From an uncultured Mycoplasma sp. (GTDB lineage: Bacteria > Bacillota_I > Bacilli_A > RF39 > UBA660): 64,000 nt of DNA. Of the stretch, positions 45,301 to 55,090 are shown in pieces. Both the position numbers and the translations under genes were made by a program. The stretch spans positions 9,958 to 73,957 of the forward strand of contig CABUPU010000004.1 in assembly GCA_902493595.1 (NCBI GenBank), in the 5' to 3' direction. The notes beneath the pieces are model-generated. The model was not told where the DNA came from. It saw nothing but the letters and a program-made list of their open reading frames with translations, and ran no database searches. Each line of letters begins with the position of its first letter. Position 1 is the first letter of the stretch.

Positions 45301-46614
45301 TTAAAAACTATTATATAAAAATGGTTTAAATGAACCAGATAAAATAAATGAAACTGTAATTATAAATAAACAAACATAAATAATTATTATTACTATATTT
45401 ATAAATTTGTTATTAGAAATTTTATTTTTTATACTTTCTGGAAGTTTTAAAATCATAAGTAAACTTAATATGATTAAAAATAAATTATCCCTTAAATAAA
45501 AGATTACTTCATTATTATAAAGGTTACCTTTAAACATGTTTGATATAAATAAACTTATATCATTTAAACTATTTTGAGTAAATAATATATAACCAAATAA
45601 AACAATAATTATTACATACAAATGCTTAAATATTTTAGGGAGTTTTTCTAAAAAATTATTTAAAACAAACTTTTCTAAAACTATTATTATTCCATAGTAT
45701 AATCCCCATAATAAAAAATTAATTGTATTTCCGTGCCAAATGCCCGTTAAAAGCCAAACTACCATAAGATTTCTTATTGTTATGAGTTTATTTTTCTTAC
45801 TTCCTCCTAAAGGGAAATAAACATACTCTTTAAAAAAATTTGAAAGTGATATATGCCATTTACGCCAAAAAGAAGATATACTATTTGCTAAATATGGATT
45901 ATCAAAATTTTCCTCTAAAGAAATACCACACATTTTACCAAGTCCTAGTGCCATATTTGTATAACCTAAAAAATCAAAATATAAATATAATGCATAAATA
46001 ATTAAAACAAACAAACATGATAAAAATGTTTTATTAGTTATACTATTAAAAGTGTTATATAAAATACTTAAATTATTTGCAAGTAATACCTTTTGAAATA
46101 AACCCGTTAAAAATCTATAAAAGCCTTTTGCTCCTATTTCAAAAGAAATATCTAAATTCCTTATATTTTTTGTTACTTCATTAAACCTTGTAATTGGTCC
46201 CATTAAAACATTACAAAATAATGTAATATAACATAAATAATCTAAAAAACTTTCATTTTTAATTTTATTATGTTTTCTATCAAGTATGTAACTAATATTA
46301 TTAAAAGTATAAAAACTTATCCCTAAAGGAAATATAAAATAGTTTGTATATTTAAAAAAACTTAAAAATAATATATTAATTATTACCAAAACATTATATG
46401 ATCTTTGATATTTTTTCCCTAATAGCTTAATATAAAAATAATTAAATAAAATGGTAAAAATTAATAAACAAAAATTAAATATTCCACTGTAAAGATAAAA
46501 TATTAAATTAAATATTATAAGAACAATATATCTTTTTGACTTTGGAAGTAAAATAAATAATAAATAAAAAATTGGTAAAAAAAAGAAAATAAATAATAAA
46601 CTACTAAAATTCAT
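45301..46614 (-). CDS. MBOAT-family O-acyltransferase (AlgI/DltB-like)
   Basis: Polytopic, with FWRKWHISLSNFFKEYVYFPLGG and TGIWHG histidines. Confidence 0.9.
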   Translation of the reverse strand: MNFSSLLFIFFFLPIFYLLFILLPKSKRYIVLIIFNLIFYLYSGIFNFCLLIFTILFNYFYIKLLGKKYQRSYNVLVIINILFLSFFKYTNYFIFPLGISFYTFNNISYILDRKHNKIKNESFLDYLCYITLFCNVLMGPITRFNEVTKNIRNLDISFEIGAKGFYRFLTGLFQKVLLANNLSILYNTFNSITNKTFLSCLFVLIIYALYLYFDFLGYTNMALGLGKMCGISLEENFDNPYLANSISSFWRKWHISLSNFFKEYVYFPLGGSKKNKLITIRNLMVVWLLTGIWHGNTINFLLWGLYYGIIIVLEKFVLNNFLEKLPKIFKHLYVIIIVLFGYILFTQNSLNDISLFISNMFKGNLYNNEVIFYLRDNLFLIILSLLMILKLPESIKNKISNNKFINIVIIIIYVCLFIITVSFILSGSFKPFLYNSF

Positions 46615-47060
46615 TAATTTATATATTCCTTTACTACATTATACATTTCTTCATTATTTTCAGATACTATATATATTAAATAATCACCTACTGATGTTGC
46701 AAGTTTATTTTTAATTAAATTAACAGCCTCTGGTGAATATAAACTACTTTGATTTTCTAATATAGAAAACATTTCATCCATATTATTTTTAACTTTTTCT
46801 TTGTTTTCAGATTTTACTTTAATTAAAGCATAAAAATTACCATCTTGATTTTCACTTGACTTAATAATATATTCTTCCATTAAAGTTATATCTTGATTAT
46901 AAATACCCTCAAGTTCTTTTTCACTCATAAGAGCCATATTTTGATATTTTTCATCAAGGGAGGTTGATGCTCCTTTCATATCAAGTGTTGATGCACTTTT
47001 GTTACAACCAGCTAAAATAATTGCAAGCCCTATAACCATTATAATTTTTTTTAATTTCAT
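46614..47060 (-). CDS. Small lipoprotein (DUF4358-like, from memory)
   Basis: Signal peptide plus lipobox LAGC. Stop/start overlap with the MBOAT gene. Confidence 0.5.
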   Translation of the reverse strand: MKLKKIIMVIGLAIILAGCNKSASTLDMKGASTSLDEKYQNMALMSEKELEGIYNQDITLMEEYIIKSSENQDGNFYALIKVKSENKEKVKNNMDEMFSILENQSSLYSPEAVNLIKNKLATSVGDYLIYIVSENNEEMYNVVKEYIN

Positions 47061-47061
47061 A

Positions 47062-48315
47062 TTAATTTACCACCTTTCCTAAATCTAAATGTTTTATGTA
47101 GTCTATATATTTATTTCTTCCTTCTTCATTTAAATGAAAATTGCAATTAAGTTCATCAGTACATTCAAATAAACTTACATCAGCATAACCTTCATTATCC
47201 TTTATTTCATTTGTAAAATCAATAAAATTTATATTATTTTCATAACAAAATCTTGCTAAATAATAATTTAAAATATTAATATTTTTTTGACTTGCTTTAT
47301 TTAGTGTACCATCATTTATTGGAAATATTGCTGAAAATATAATTTTTGTATCTTTATAATTTAACTTAATATTATCATAAAATTTTTGAAGTTCTCTTAC
47401 AAATACATCTTTTTGCATATAAAGTCCAGCATTAATTCCAGGACATACAATTAAATATTTTGGTTTATATTTTGTAAGAGCATCATTTAAAACTGTATTT
47501 TGTCTATTTTCATAAGTTTCAAAAGTCGAAGAATTCATTTGAGCAATGTTTAAGTTATTTCTTGCCCAAGTTTGATAAGCCGAAATATGTTTTCCTTTTT
47601 GATACAAAAATGATGTATTTGAGTCTCCTAAAAAGATAGTATCATTAAAATAATTATATTCATTTTCTTCATAAGTTAAAGTCGTTTTAGTAAATAGTCC
47701 TTTTAAAGTAAAATCTTTTATCGAACTTGTTAATGCACTATCATCAAGAACTTCAACAGTTCTTACAACTTTTGCTTTATTTTTAGAACTATCTATGGCC
47801 TCATACACAACCTCATACTTGCCTGCTTTGGTTTCATCAATATTATTTGTTACTTTAATTTTGCTATTAATATCTTTATCATAGTTATCAGTTATTTCAT
47901 AACCAGGTTCTTCATATTTACTATCTTTATTAAGATATATTATATTATCACCATTTAATGTTATTACAGGTTTTTCAATATCAACTACATGAATATTTCT
48001 AATAACACTTTTTTTAAAATTTAATAAGTTTGCTGTATATGTAACTTTATAATCTCCTAAAGAGGTATTATCAATATTATTTTTTACATCAACTTTTAAC
48101 TTTTTACCAAAAAATGTTGCTTTATAACCATTTTCAAAATAAGGACTATTTACATTTAAATAAATGTCTTTATCTCCGATTAAAATAATATTAAAAAGAA
48201 AATTCATACTAAAAAAAGTAACTAAAAATATAGCTATAATTATAAGTAAAAATTTATATTTTGTTTTTAATTTTAACTTCTTTTTCTTCATAACTACCCT
48301 ATAAAATAATACCAT
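47062..48315 (-). CDS. Membrane-anchored Ig-like repeat plus SGNH-type esterase protein
   Basis: Two DUF5011-like repeats (..PGYEITDNYD.., ..KAGKYEVVYEAIDSSKN), FLGDSNT and NFHLNEEG. The start could be M9 (48291). Confidence 0.62.
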   Translation of the reverse strand: MVLFYRVVMKKKKLKLKTKYKFLLIIIAIFLVTFFSMNFLFNIILIGDKDIYLNVNSPYFENGYKATFFGKKLKVDVKNNIDNTSLGDYKVTYTANLLNFKKSVIRNIHVVDIEKPVITLNGDNIIYLNKDSKYEEPGYEITDNYDKDINSKIKVTNNIDETKAGKYEVVYEAIDSSKNKAKVVRTVEVLDDSALTSSIKDFTLKGLFTKTTLTYEENEYNYFNDTIFLGDSNTSFLYQKGKHISAYQTWARNNLNIAQMNSSTFETYENRQNTVLNDALTKYKPKYLIVCPGINAGLYMQKDVFVRELQKFYDNIKLNYKDTKIIFSAIFPINDGTLNKASQKNINILNYYLARFCYENNINFIDFTNEIKDNEGYADVSLFECTDELNCNFHLNEEGRNKYIDYIKHLDLGKVVN

Positions 48316-48334
48316 TTAAATTAATTAATTTCAA

Positions 48335-49189
48335 TTATTTTGAGTTTAAATATTCATTTAATTTATCTTTTATATTATTATAATCTTTTATTCCAATATC
48401 ATATATTCTATCTATTTCTTTTTTATTTACTTTATTAAGACTTATATCAATATTTTCTGAGGGATATATAGCAAATATTTTATTTTCACTACTTAATTTA
48501 TCAATTATTTCTAATGATTCATTATACTGTTTATATCTATTAAGCATTGCTTTAATAAATTTAGGATATTTCTTATACTTAGTTTTTATTCCTATAATTT
48601 CTCCTTTATTAAATGGTTTTTTAATAAAACCTTTTTCCCTTGTTAAAATAACAATAATTCTATCATATTCTAAAGATAAAGCTTTTTTAATTGGAATGCT
48701 ATCACATATTGCTCCATCTAAATAATAATTATTATTAATTTCTACAATATTTGTTAAAAAAGGCATTGCACTACTTGCTCTTAATACTTCAATCTGATTA
48801 TAAACATTATTTACTTCAATATATTCAGGTAGACCAGTTTCAACATTCGATACTGTTGCTAAAAGAAGTTTGTAATTTTTTTCATATTCTTTTTCATCAA
48901 ATACTTCAATATTTTTAGTAACATTATAATAAGCAAAATCTTTATTAACAAAATTACCAGTTTCAATTAATGATTTTTTACCCATATATCTTGAATCTTT
49001 ACAATATTTTCTATTAATATTTAAACATCTTCCTATTTGCCTAGAATAATAATTTGGAGCTATTAAAGCACCTGCAGAAACACCAATTATTGCATCTATA
49101 TTAATATTATCTTCGATAAATTTATCTATTATTGCAGCAGTATATGTACCCCTAAAAGCACCACCCTCTAAAACTAAAAGTGTTTTCAT
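48335..49189 (-). CDS. Patatin-like phospholipase
   Basis: GGAFRG oxyanion motif, GVSAGA nucleophile elbow, and the DGA catalytic Asp motif. Confidence 0.85.
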   Translation of the reverse strand: MKTLLVLEGGAFRGTYTAAIIDKFIEDNINIDAIIGVSAGALIAPNYYSRQIGRCLNINRKYCKDSRYMGKKSLIETGNFVNKDFAYYNVTKNIEVFDEKEYEKNYKLLLATVSNVETGLPEYIEVNNVYNQIEVLRASSAMPFLTNIVEINNNYYLDGAICDSIPIKKALSLEYDRIIVILTREKGFIKKPFNKGEIIGIKTKYKKYPKFIKAMLNRYKQYNESLEIIDKLSSENKIFAIYPSENIDISLNKVNKKEIDRIYDIGIKDYNNIKDKLNEYLNSK

Positions 49190-49337
49190 GTATCCTCCTT
49201 TTCAAAATAATTATATCTTCTTTTTTATTAAAAGTATATATACTTTAGATTAATAATTAATATATCAATAATCTTTTTTACCATTTTTGTGTATTTACAC
49301 ACTTTTGGTAAATTGGTATTCATAATAATTTTATTCT

Positions 49338-49447
49338 AAAAAAATGCGGCCTGTAAAAAGGCCGCTCAGGGGGTTTTGGTTTGACTATTCCTCACATTAT
49401 AATTCGTAAGGTTTTAGTCAGGCATAGGTTTTTATTTGTCCTATGCT
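49338..49447 (-). ncRNA. Candidate small RNA C (C-rich single-stranded seed, family unknown)
   Basis: Own promoter at 49454-49482. Contains hairpins CAUAGG..CCUAUG and CCUUAC..GUGAGG, the unpaired segment AAUAGUCAAACCAAAACCCCCUGA, and the terminator GCGGCC-uuuuuaca-GGCCGC followed by a U-run. Paralogous to 51616-51705. Ends are approximate. Confidence 0.45.
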
Positions 49448-49453
49448 AATTAA

Positions 49454-49482
49454 ATGATAATATGATTTTTTAAAAAAGTCAA
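49454..49482 (-). promoter_or_regulatory. Promoter of sRNA candidate C
   Basis: TTGACT - 17 nt - TATCAT, preceded by AGTGTAAAG (present twice). Confidence 0.5.
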
Positions 49483-49518
49483 TTATTTTCTTTACACTTT
49501 ACTAATGCTTTACACTTT

Positions 49519-51492
49519 TTAATCTGTGATGTTTAAATTTTGAGCTAAGTCTTTATAATATTCATTATTTAAATATTCTTTACTATCAATAAATTTTTTT
49601 GCATCTTCATTAGCAAATAGTAAAATATTATAATCATTTTTTAAATTAGCAAGTTTAAATGACATATCTCCATGTTGTTTAACACCAAATAAATCTCCAT
49701 GACCACGCATTTCAAAATCTTTTTGAGATATATAGAAACCATCATTACTTTCCTCCATTACTTTAAGACGATCATTATCACTATCACTAATTAAATAGCA
49801 ATAACTTTGTAAATCACTTCTTCCTACTCTTCCTCTTAACTGATGAAGTGTTGCAAGTCCAAATCTTTCAGCATTAAATATTACCATCATGGTAGCATTA
49901 GAAACATCTATACCTACTTCAATAACGGTGGTTGCTATTAATATTTTAATCTGATTATTTTTAAAATCATTCATGATACTTTCTTTTTCACTAGTTTTCA
50001 TTTTTCCATGAATTATTTCAATTCTAAATAAATTTTTAAATGCAAGTGATAGTTTTTCCTTTAACAAATTTATACTTGTTAAATTTAATGATTCATCCTC
50101 TTCGACTAAAGGAGACACTACATATATTTGATGGCCTAATTTTATTTGTTCAAGCATAAGTCCAAGCACCTCTTTAATATCACTATTTTTCTTAACCTTT
50201 GTAATAATATCTTTTCTACCAGTTGGTTTAGTTTTAATATATGAAATATCTAAATCACCATAAATAGTCATTGCATAAGTTCTAGGAATAGGTGTTGCTG
50301 ATAAATATAAAATATCAGGGCATTTTGATTTATCTTCCAAAGTAAATCTTTGATGTACTCCAAAACGGTGTTGTTCATCTGTTATAACAAGTCCTAAATT
50401 ATTAAATATAATATTTTCATTTAATAATGAATGTGTTCCAATTAATAAATCTATTTCTTTATTTTGTACCCTTTTATAAATTGCTTCTTTTTCTTTTTTA
50501 GACATTGAACCAGTTATTAACTCAACAGCTACATTAAATTTATCAAGTATTTTTTTAATACTAAAATAGTGTTGAGTAGCAAGTACTTCAGTTGGAGCCA
50601 TTAAAGTAGATTCAAATCCAGCAATAAAATTAGCATAGATTGCTCCCACGGCTACAACAGTTTTACCACTTCCAACATCTCCTAAAAGAAGTCTATTCAT
50701 TTTTTTATTTGAACTCATATCTTGAACAATTTCACTATAAGCATTATCTTGATCAGTAGTTAAAGAAAATGGTAATAATTTTTTAAATTCATTTATTTTA
50801 TTTATATCAATATTTTTAGGTTCTTTATCTTTTCTAATATTTTGATTTTTAAAATAATTCATTTTAAATGAAAAATCAAATAATTCTTCATAAATTAATC
50901 TATTTTTAGCATAATGAACCATTTTTAAATCATTTGCAAAATGAATATTATATAATGCATCTTTTTTAGATAATAAATTATATTTTGAAATAATATTACT
51001 TGGTAAAGAATCTTTAATATATATATTATTAAAATTATCTTTTATTAATTTAGAAACTGTATTATTAGTTATTCCTTTTGTTAAATGATATACTGGTTCT
51101 ATTTGACCATTAGTTACATTAAATTTTATATCCGAAGATGTAAATATATTTTTCTTAAAATCATATTTACCAATAATAGTTATATTTTTTCCAATAGTTA
51201 AATTTGTTTTTAAATAAGCTCTATTAAATATTACTACATTAAAAATTCTTTCATTATACCTTGCTCTAAATGATAATCTATTAAAATTTTTTTTAATATA
51301 TGAAACAATTGGATTAGATTCAATAATTACATTTATTATTAAGGTAGAATTATCTATTAATTTATTTGAAAAATTATAAACATTATATCTATATGGATAA
51401 TAATTTATTAAATCATCATCTGTAAATATTCCTAGTTTATTTAATATTTTTGAAGTTTTTTCACCCACCTGGTGTAAATTTTTTATGTCCAT
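49519..51492 (-). CDS. recG: ATP-dependent DNA helicase RecG
   Basis: Wedge/OB N-terminus, GDVGSGKT, DEQHRFGV, QLRGRVGR. Confidence 0.92.
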   Translation of the reverse strand: MDIKNLHQVGEKTSKILNKLGIFTDDDLINYYPYRYNVYNFSNKLIDNSTLIINVIIESNPIVSYIKKNFNRLSFRARYNERIFNVVIFNRAYLKTNLTIGKNITIIGKYDFKKNIFTSSDIKFNVTNGQIEPVYHLTKGITNNTVSKLIKDNFNNIYIKDSLPSNIISKYNLLSKKDALYNIHFANDLKMVHYAKNRLIYEELFDFSFKMNYFKNQNIRKDKEPKNIDINKINEFKKLLPFSLTTDQDNAYSEIVQDMSSNKKMNRLLLGDVGSGKTVVAVGAIYANFIAGFESTLMAPTEVLATQHYFSIKKILDKFNVAVELITGSMSKKEKEAIYKRVQNKEIDLLIGTHSLLNENIIFNNLGLVITDEQHRFGVHQRFTLEDKSKCPDILYLSATPIPRTYAMTIYGDLDISYIKTKPTGRKDIITKVKKNSDIKEVLGLMLEQIKLGHQIYVVSPLVEEDESLNLTSINLLKEKLSLAFKNLFRIEIIHGKMKTSEKESIMNDFKNNQIKILIATTVIEVGIDVSNATMMVIFNAERFGLATLHQLRGRVGRSDLQSYCYLISDSDNDRLKVMEESNDGFYISQKDFEMRGHGDLFGVKQHGDMSFKLANLKNDYNILLFANEDAKKFIDSKEYLNNEYYKDLAQNLNITD

Positions 51493-51580
51493 TTTACCTC
51501 CAACCTAATTGTATCAAACTTTATAAAAAAAGCAAATATAAAGTTTTTTAAAAAAATATGTAAAATGAGTGTAAAGTTAA

Positions 51581-51609
51581 TTGACTTTTTATCATATATG
51601 CTTTAGTAT
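51581..51609 (+). promoter_or_regulatory. Promoter of sRNA candidate D
   Basis: TTGACT - 17 nt - TAGTAT, preceded by GAGTGTAAAG. Homologous to the promoter at 49454-49500 on the opposite strand. Confidence 0.5.
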
Positions 51610-51615
51610 ATTAAT

Positions 51616-51705
51616 TACCAAATCACTTAAGAAGGCGATTTGGTGCTAGTATCACACTAGTCAACCCCTTTTTATTCTTTGAGGCCCTAAAGGCCTCGTT
51701 TTTTT
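51616..51705 (+). ncRNA. Candidate small RNA D (paralogue of C)
   Basis: Hairpins ACCAAAUC..GAUUUGGU and CUAGU-aucac-ACUAG, the unpaired segment CAACCCCUUUUUAUUCUUU, and the terminator GAGGCC-cuaa-AGGCCUC followed by a U-run, convergent with the PFOR stop. Ends are approximate. Confidence 0.45.
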
Positions 51706-51720
51706 ATGAAAAAAAGAATA

Positions 51721-54700
51721 CTAATCAGTACTCTTTATTTTATTATAATAATTATATCTTTCTTTAGCATTATTAATTTGTATATTAAGAAGTTTATTTG
51801 CTAAAGAATTATCTTTTATTTTTAAAGCATTATATCTTACTTCATTATTTAAAAATTCTTCATACTTATCAAAATTAGGTTCTTTTGAATCAAGATATAG
51901 TTTATTATCTTTATATCTCATTAAAAGTGTATAACCACACTCTACTGCAAGTTTTTCTTCGTTAATTGAGTTACACATTCCACCCTTGATACCATGTTCT
52001 ATACAAGGACAATAACATATTACAATTGAGGGACCATTATGATTTTCTGCTTCAGTTAATGTTTTAATTGCTTGAACATTATTGGCTCCCAAACAAATTG
52101 ATCCAACATATACATTAGGGGCGCACATAGCAATTTTGAATAAATCTTTTTTACTAGTTTTCTTACCAAAATCTGCAAATTCAGCAACAGCACCAACTTT
52201 AGTTGATTTACTTGCTTGTCCTCCAGTATTTGAATAAACCTCTGTATCAAGAACTAAAATATTAATATTTTCATTTGAATGAAGAATATGATCTATTCCA
52301 TTATATCCTATATCATAAGCCCAACCATCACCACCAATAGCCCAAACACTTTTTTTAGGTATATATTCTTTTAAATCATATAATTCTTTTGGTAAAGTTA
52401 AATCATCCATATTTTTTACAAAATTATTTGTAATTTCATAATTATCAAAATTTAAAAGTAAATTTAAACAAGCATCTTTTTCTTTTTCAGAATAAGAATT
52501 AATAGAGTTAGAAATAATATTTTTTATTCTATTTCTTTTTTGCTTATATGATGTATAAATACCATAAGCAAATTCTGCATTATCTTCGAAAAGTGAATTT
52601 GCCCAAGGAACTAAATATGGTGTTGATGGAAAACTACCTCCGTAAATACTTGAACATCCTGTAGCATTAGCAATAACTAATTTTTCTCCAACAATTTGAG
52701 TTAATAATTTAATATATGGAGTTTCCCCACAACCAGCACAAGCGCCAGAAAATTCAAATAAAGGTTTTGTTAATGATATTCCTTTTATAGTGTTTTTTGG
52801 ATATAATGATGGATTTTCATATGTATTAAATAATTCATCCGTTGGAATAACATTTGTTTCTAAAGTAAGAGCTTTAGTAGGACAAACTCCTACGCATAAA
52901 CCACATCCAGTACAATCTTTATTACTAATACCTACAAAATAATTATATTCATCATTTCCTAAAAGAGGTTTACCAAGTGATTTATCTTTAGTAATAAATG
53001 GTCTTATTACACTATGAGGACAAACTATATTACATGCTCCACATTCAATACATTTATCTATATTCCATTTTGGAGTAAGCATAGAAACATCTCTTTTTTC
53101 ATATTTAGATAGTCCACATTTAACTCCACCATTACTAAACATTTTAACTTCACTTGTAGAAAGGTTTTCTCCTTTTCTATTATTTATTAAAGTATAAATA
53201 TCTTTTTCTTCATTTTCCTCTTTTGCAAAACTATCTATTATTTTTACATCTTTTATTTCATTTAATGATGCATTTATAGCATTAATATTATTATTAACAA
53301 CATCTTCACCTTTAGTCATAAAGGCCTTTTTAACGGAATTAACAACCATTTCTTTAGCATTTGGTACATTTAATAGATTAAGTATATTTACTTCCATAAT
53401 TTTGCTTATTTTGCCATTTAAATGATTTTCATAAGCAATCCTTTGTGCATTAATTATTTTTACATTTATATTTTTAGATATAATTTCTTTTTTTATAGAA
53501 CTACTTAAATAATCATTTAATTCTTTTTCATTTTTAATAGTATTTATTAAAAGGATTCCATTATCTTTTATACCAGAAAGCATATCATATCTTTCAAAGT
53601 AAACATCCTTTGTTACAACCACTAAAGTAGGACTAGTTACATAAAAAGGTGCATTAATACTATTATCTCCCATTCTTAAATGAGATATAGTTACTCCACC
53701 ACTTTTTTTAGAATCATATTCAAAATAACCTTCAACATATTTTCCTAAACTTTCATGTAATAATGTAAGCATATTTTTCGAGGCACTTACCATTCCATCT
53801 GAACCAAAACCATATATTTTAAATTCTTCATAATTATTAGATAATTTATAATCAGTTTTTGGTAAACTTAAATGAGTTAAATCATCATTTATACCAATTG
53901 TAAAACTATTTTGAGGTTTACTTTCTAAACTATCATAAACACTTTTTATATCACTAGGACTAGTATTTTTACTAGATAGTCCATATCTTCCTCCGACAAT
54001 CTCAATATTTTTATCTTTTAACGAAGATAATACATCTAAATAAAGTGGTTCACCAATACTTCCAGCTTCTTTAGTCCTATCTAATACAGCAATTTTTTGT
54101 ACGCTTTTAGGAAGTACTTGCTCTAAATATTTTTTACTAAATGGTCTATATAAATGAACCTCAATTAAGCCATAATCATTATTACCATTTTTTATTTCAT
54201 TATCAATTACAAGTTTAATAGTGTCATTTACACTACCCATTGCAATAATTATATATTTAGCATTATCACTTCCATAGTAATTAAATGGTTTATAACTAGT
54301 TCCCATTATTTCATTAATGTTAGTCATATATTCATTAACAATATCTGGCATTTTATCATATAATTCATTTCTACTTTCAGTTATTTGAAAATATACATCC
54401 TCAGTTTGACTTGTTCCATAATTTAAATCTGAAAGTAATGCTCTTTTCTTAAAACTTTCTAAAGCATTTTTATCTACTAAAGGAAGTAGTTTTTCTTCGG
54501 GTAATTCTTTTATTGTATTAAGTTCATGACTTGTTCTAAAACCATCAAAAAAGTGTATAAAAGGAAGACTTCCCTTTATCGCAGACAAATGTGCTACTGC
54601 CGCAAGGTTTTGAGCATCATAAACATTACTACTTGCAAGCATGCAGCATCCTGTCATTCTCGCAGAATATATATCACTATGATCACCAAATATTGAAAGA

Positions 54701-55047
54701 GCATGTGTTGCAATACTTCTAGCAGCAACATGAATTACTCCAGGAAGACATTCACCCGCTATTTTATATAAATTTGGAATCATTAATAGTAATCCTTGAC
54801 TTGCTGTATAAGTAGATGCTAAACTTCCAGATAATAATGCTCCATGAAGTGCACCAGCCGCTCCAAGTTCTGATTCCATTTCTACCACAGTAGGTTTATC
54901 ATTAAATATATTTTTTTTATCAGTATGCGTTAAATAATCAATATTTTCAGCCATCGGTGAGGATGGTGTAATTGGATATATTGAACATATCTCACTAAAC
55001 AAATATGCTACACTACTACACGCTTTATTTCCATCAACTATTTTCAT
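51721..55047 (-). CDS. nifJ: Pyruvate:ferredoxin (flavodoxin) oxidoreductase
   Basis: 1108 aa single-chain PFOR. Ferredoxin-like motifs CIECGACNIVCP and CTGCGLCVGVCP; TPP motif GGDGWAYDIG. Confidence 0.9.
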   Translation of the reverse strand: MKIVDGNKACSSVAYLFSEICSIYPITPSSPMAENIDYLTHTDKKNIFNDKPTVVEMESELGAAGALHGALLSGSLASTYTASQGLLLMIPNLYKIAGECLPGVIHVAARSIATHALSIFGDHSDIYSARMTGCCMLASSNVYDAQNLAAVAHLSAIKGSLPFIHFFDGFRTSHELNTIKELPEEKLLPLVDKNALESFKKRALLSDLNYGTSQTEDVYFQITESRNELYDKMPDIVNEYMTNINEIMGTSYKPFNYYGSDNAKYIIIAMGSVNDTIKLVIDNEIKNGNNDYGLIEVHLYRPFSKKYLEQVLPKSVQKIAVLDRTKEAGSIGEPLYLDVLSSLKDKNIEIVGGRYGLSSKNTSPSDIKSVYDSLESKPQNSFTIGINDDLTHLSLPKTDYKLSNNYEEFKIYGFGSDGMVSASKNMLTLLHESLGKYVEGYFEYDSKKSGGVTISHLRMGDNSINAPFYVTSPTLVVVTKDVYFERYDMLSGIKDNGILLINTIKNEKELNDYLSSSIKKEIISKNINVKIINAQRIAYENHLNGKISKIMEVNILNLLNVPNAKEMVVNSVKKAFMTKGEDVVNNNINAINASLNEIKDVKIIDSFAKEENEEKDIYTLINNRKGENLSTSEVKMFSNGGVKCGLSKYEKRDVSMLTPKWNIDKCIECGACNIVCPHSVIRPFITKDKSLGKPLLGNDEYNYFVGISNKDCTGCGLCVGVCPTKALTLETNVIPTDELFNTYENPSLYPKNTIKGISLTKPLFEFSGACAGCGETPYIKLLTQIVGEKLVIANATGCSSIYGGSFPSTPYLVPWANSLFEDNAEFAYGIYTSYKQKRNRIKNIISNSINSYSEKEKDACLNLLLNFDNYEITNNFVKNMDDLTLPKELYDLKEYIPKKSVWAIGGDGWAYDIGYNGIDHILHSNENINILVLDTEVYSNTGGQASKSTKVGAVAEFADFGKKTSKKDLFKIAMCAPNVYVGSICLGANNVQAIKTLTEAENHNGPSIVICYCPCIEHGIKGGMCNSINEEKLAVECGYTLLMRYKDNKLYLDSKEPNFDKYEEFLNNEVRYNALKIKDNSLANKLLNIQINNAKERYNYYNKIKSTD

Positions 55048-55090
55048 TTTCTATCACCACTTTAATTATATAAAAAAAACTAGCATTTTA

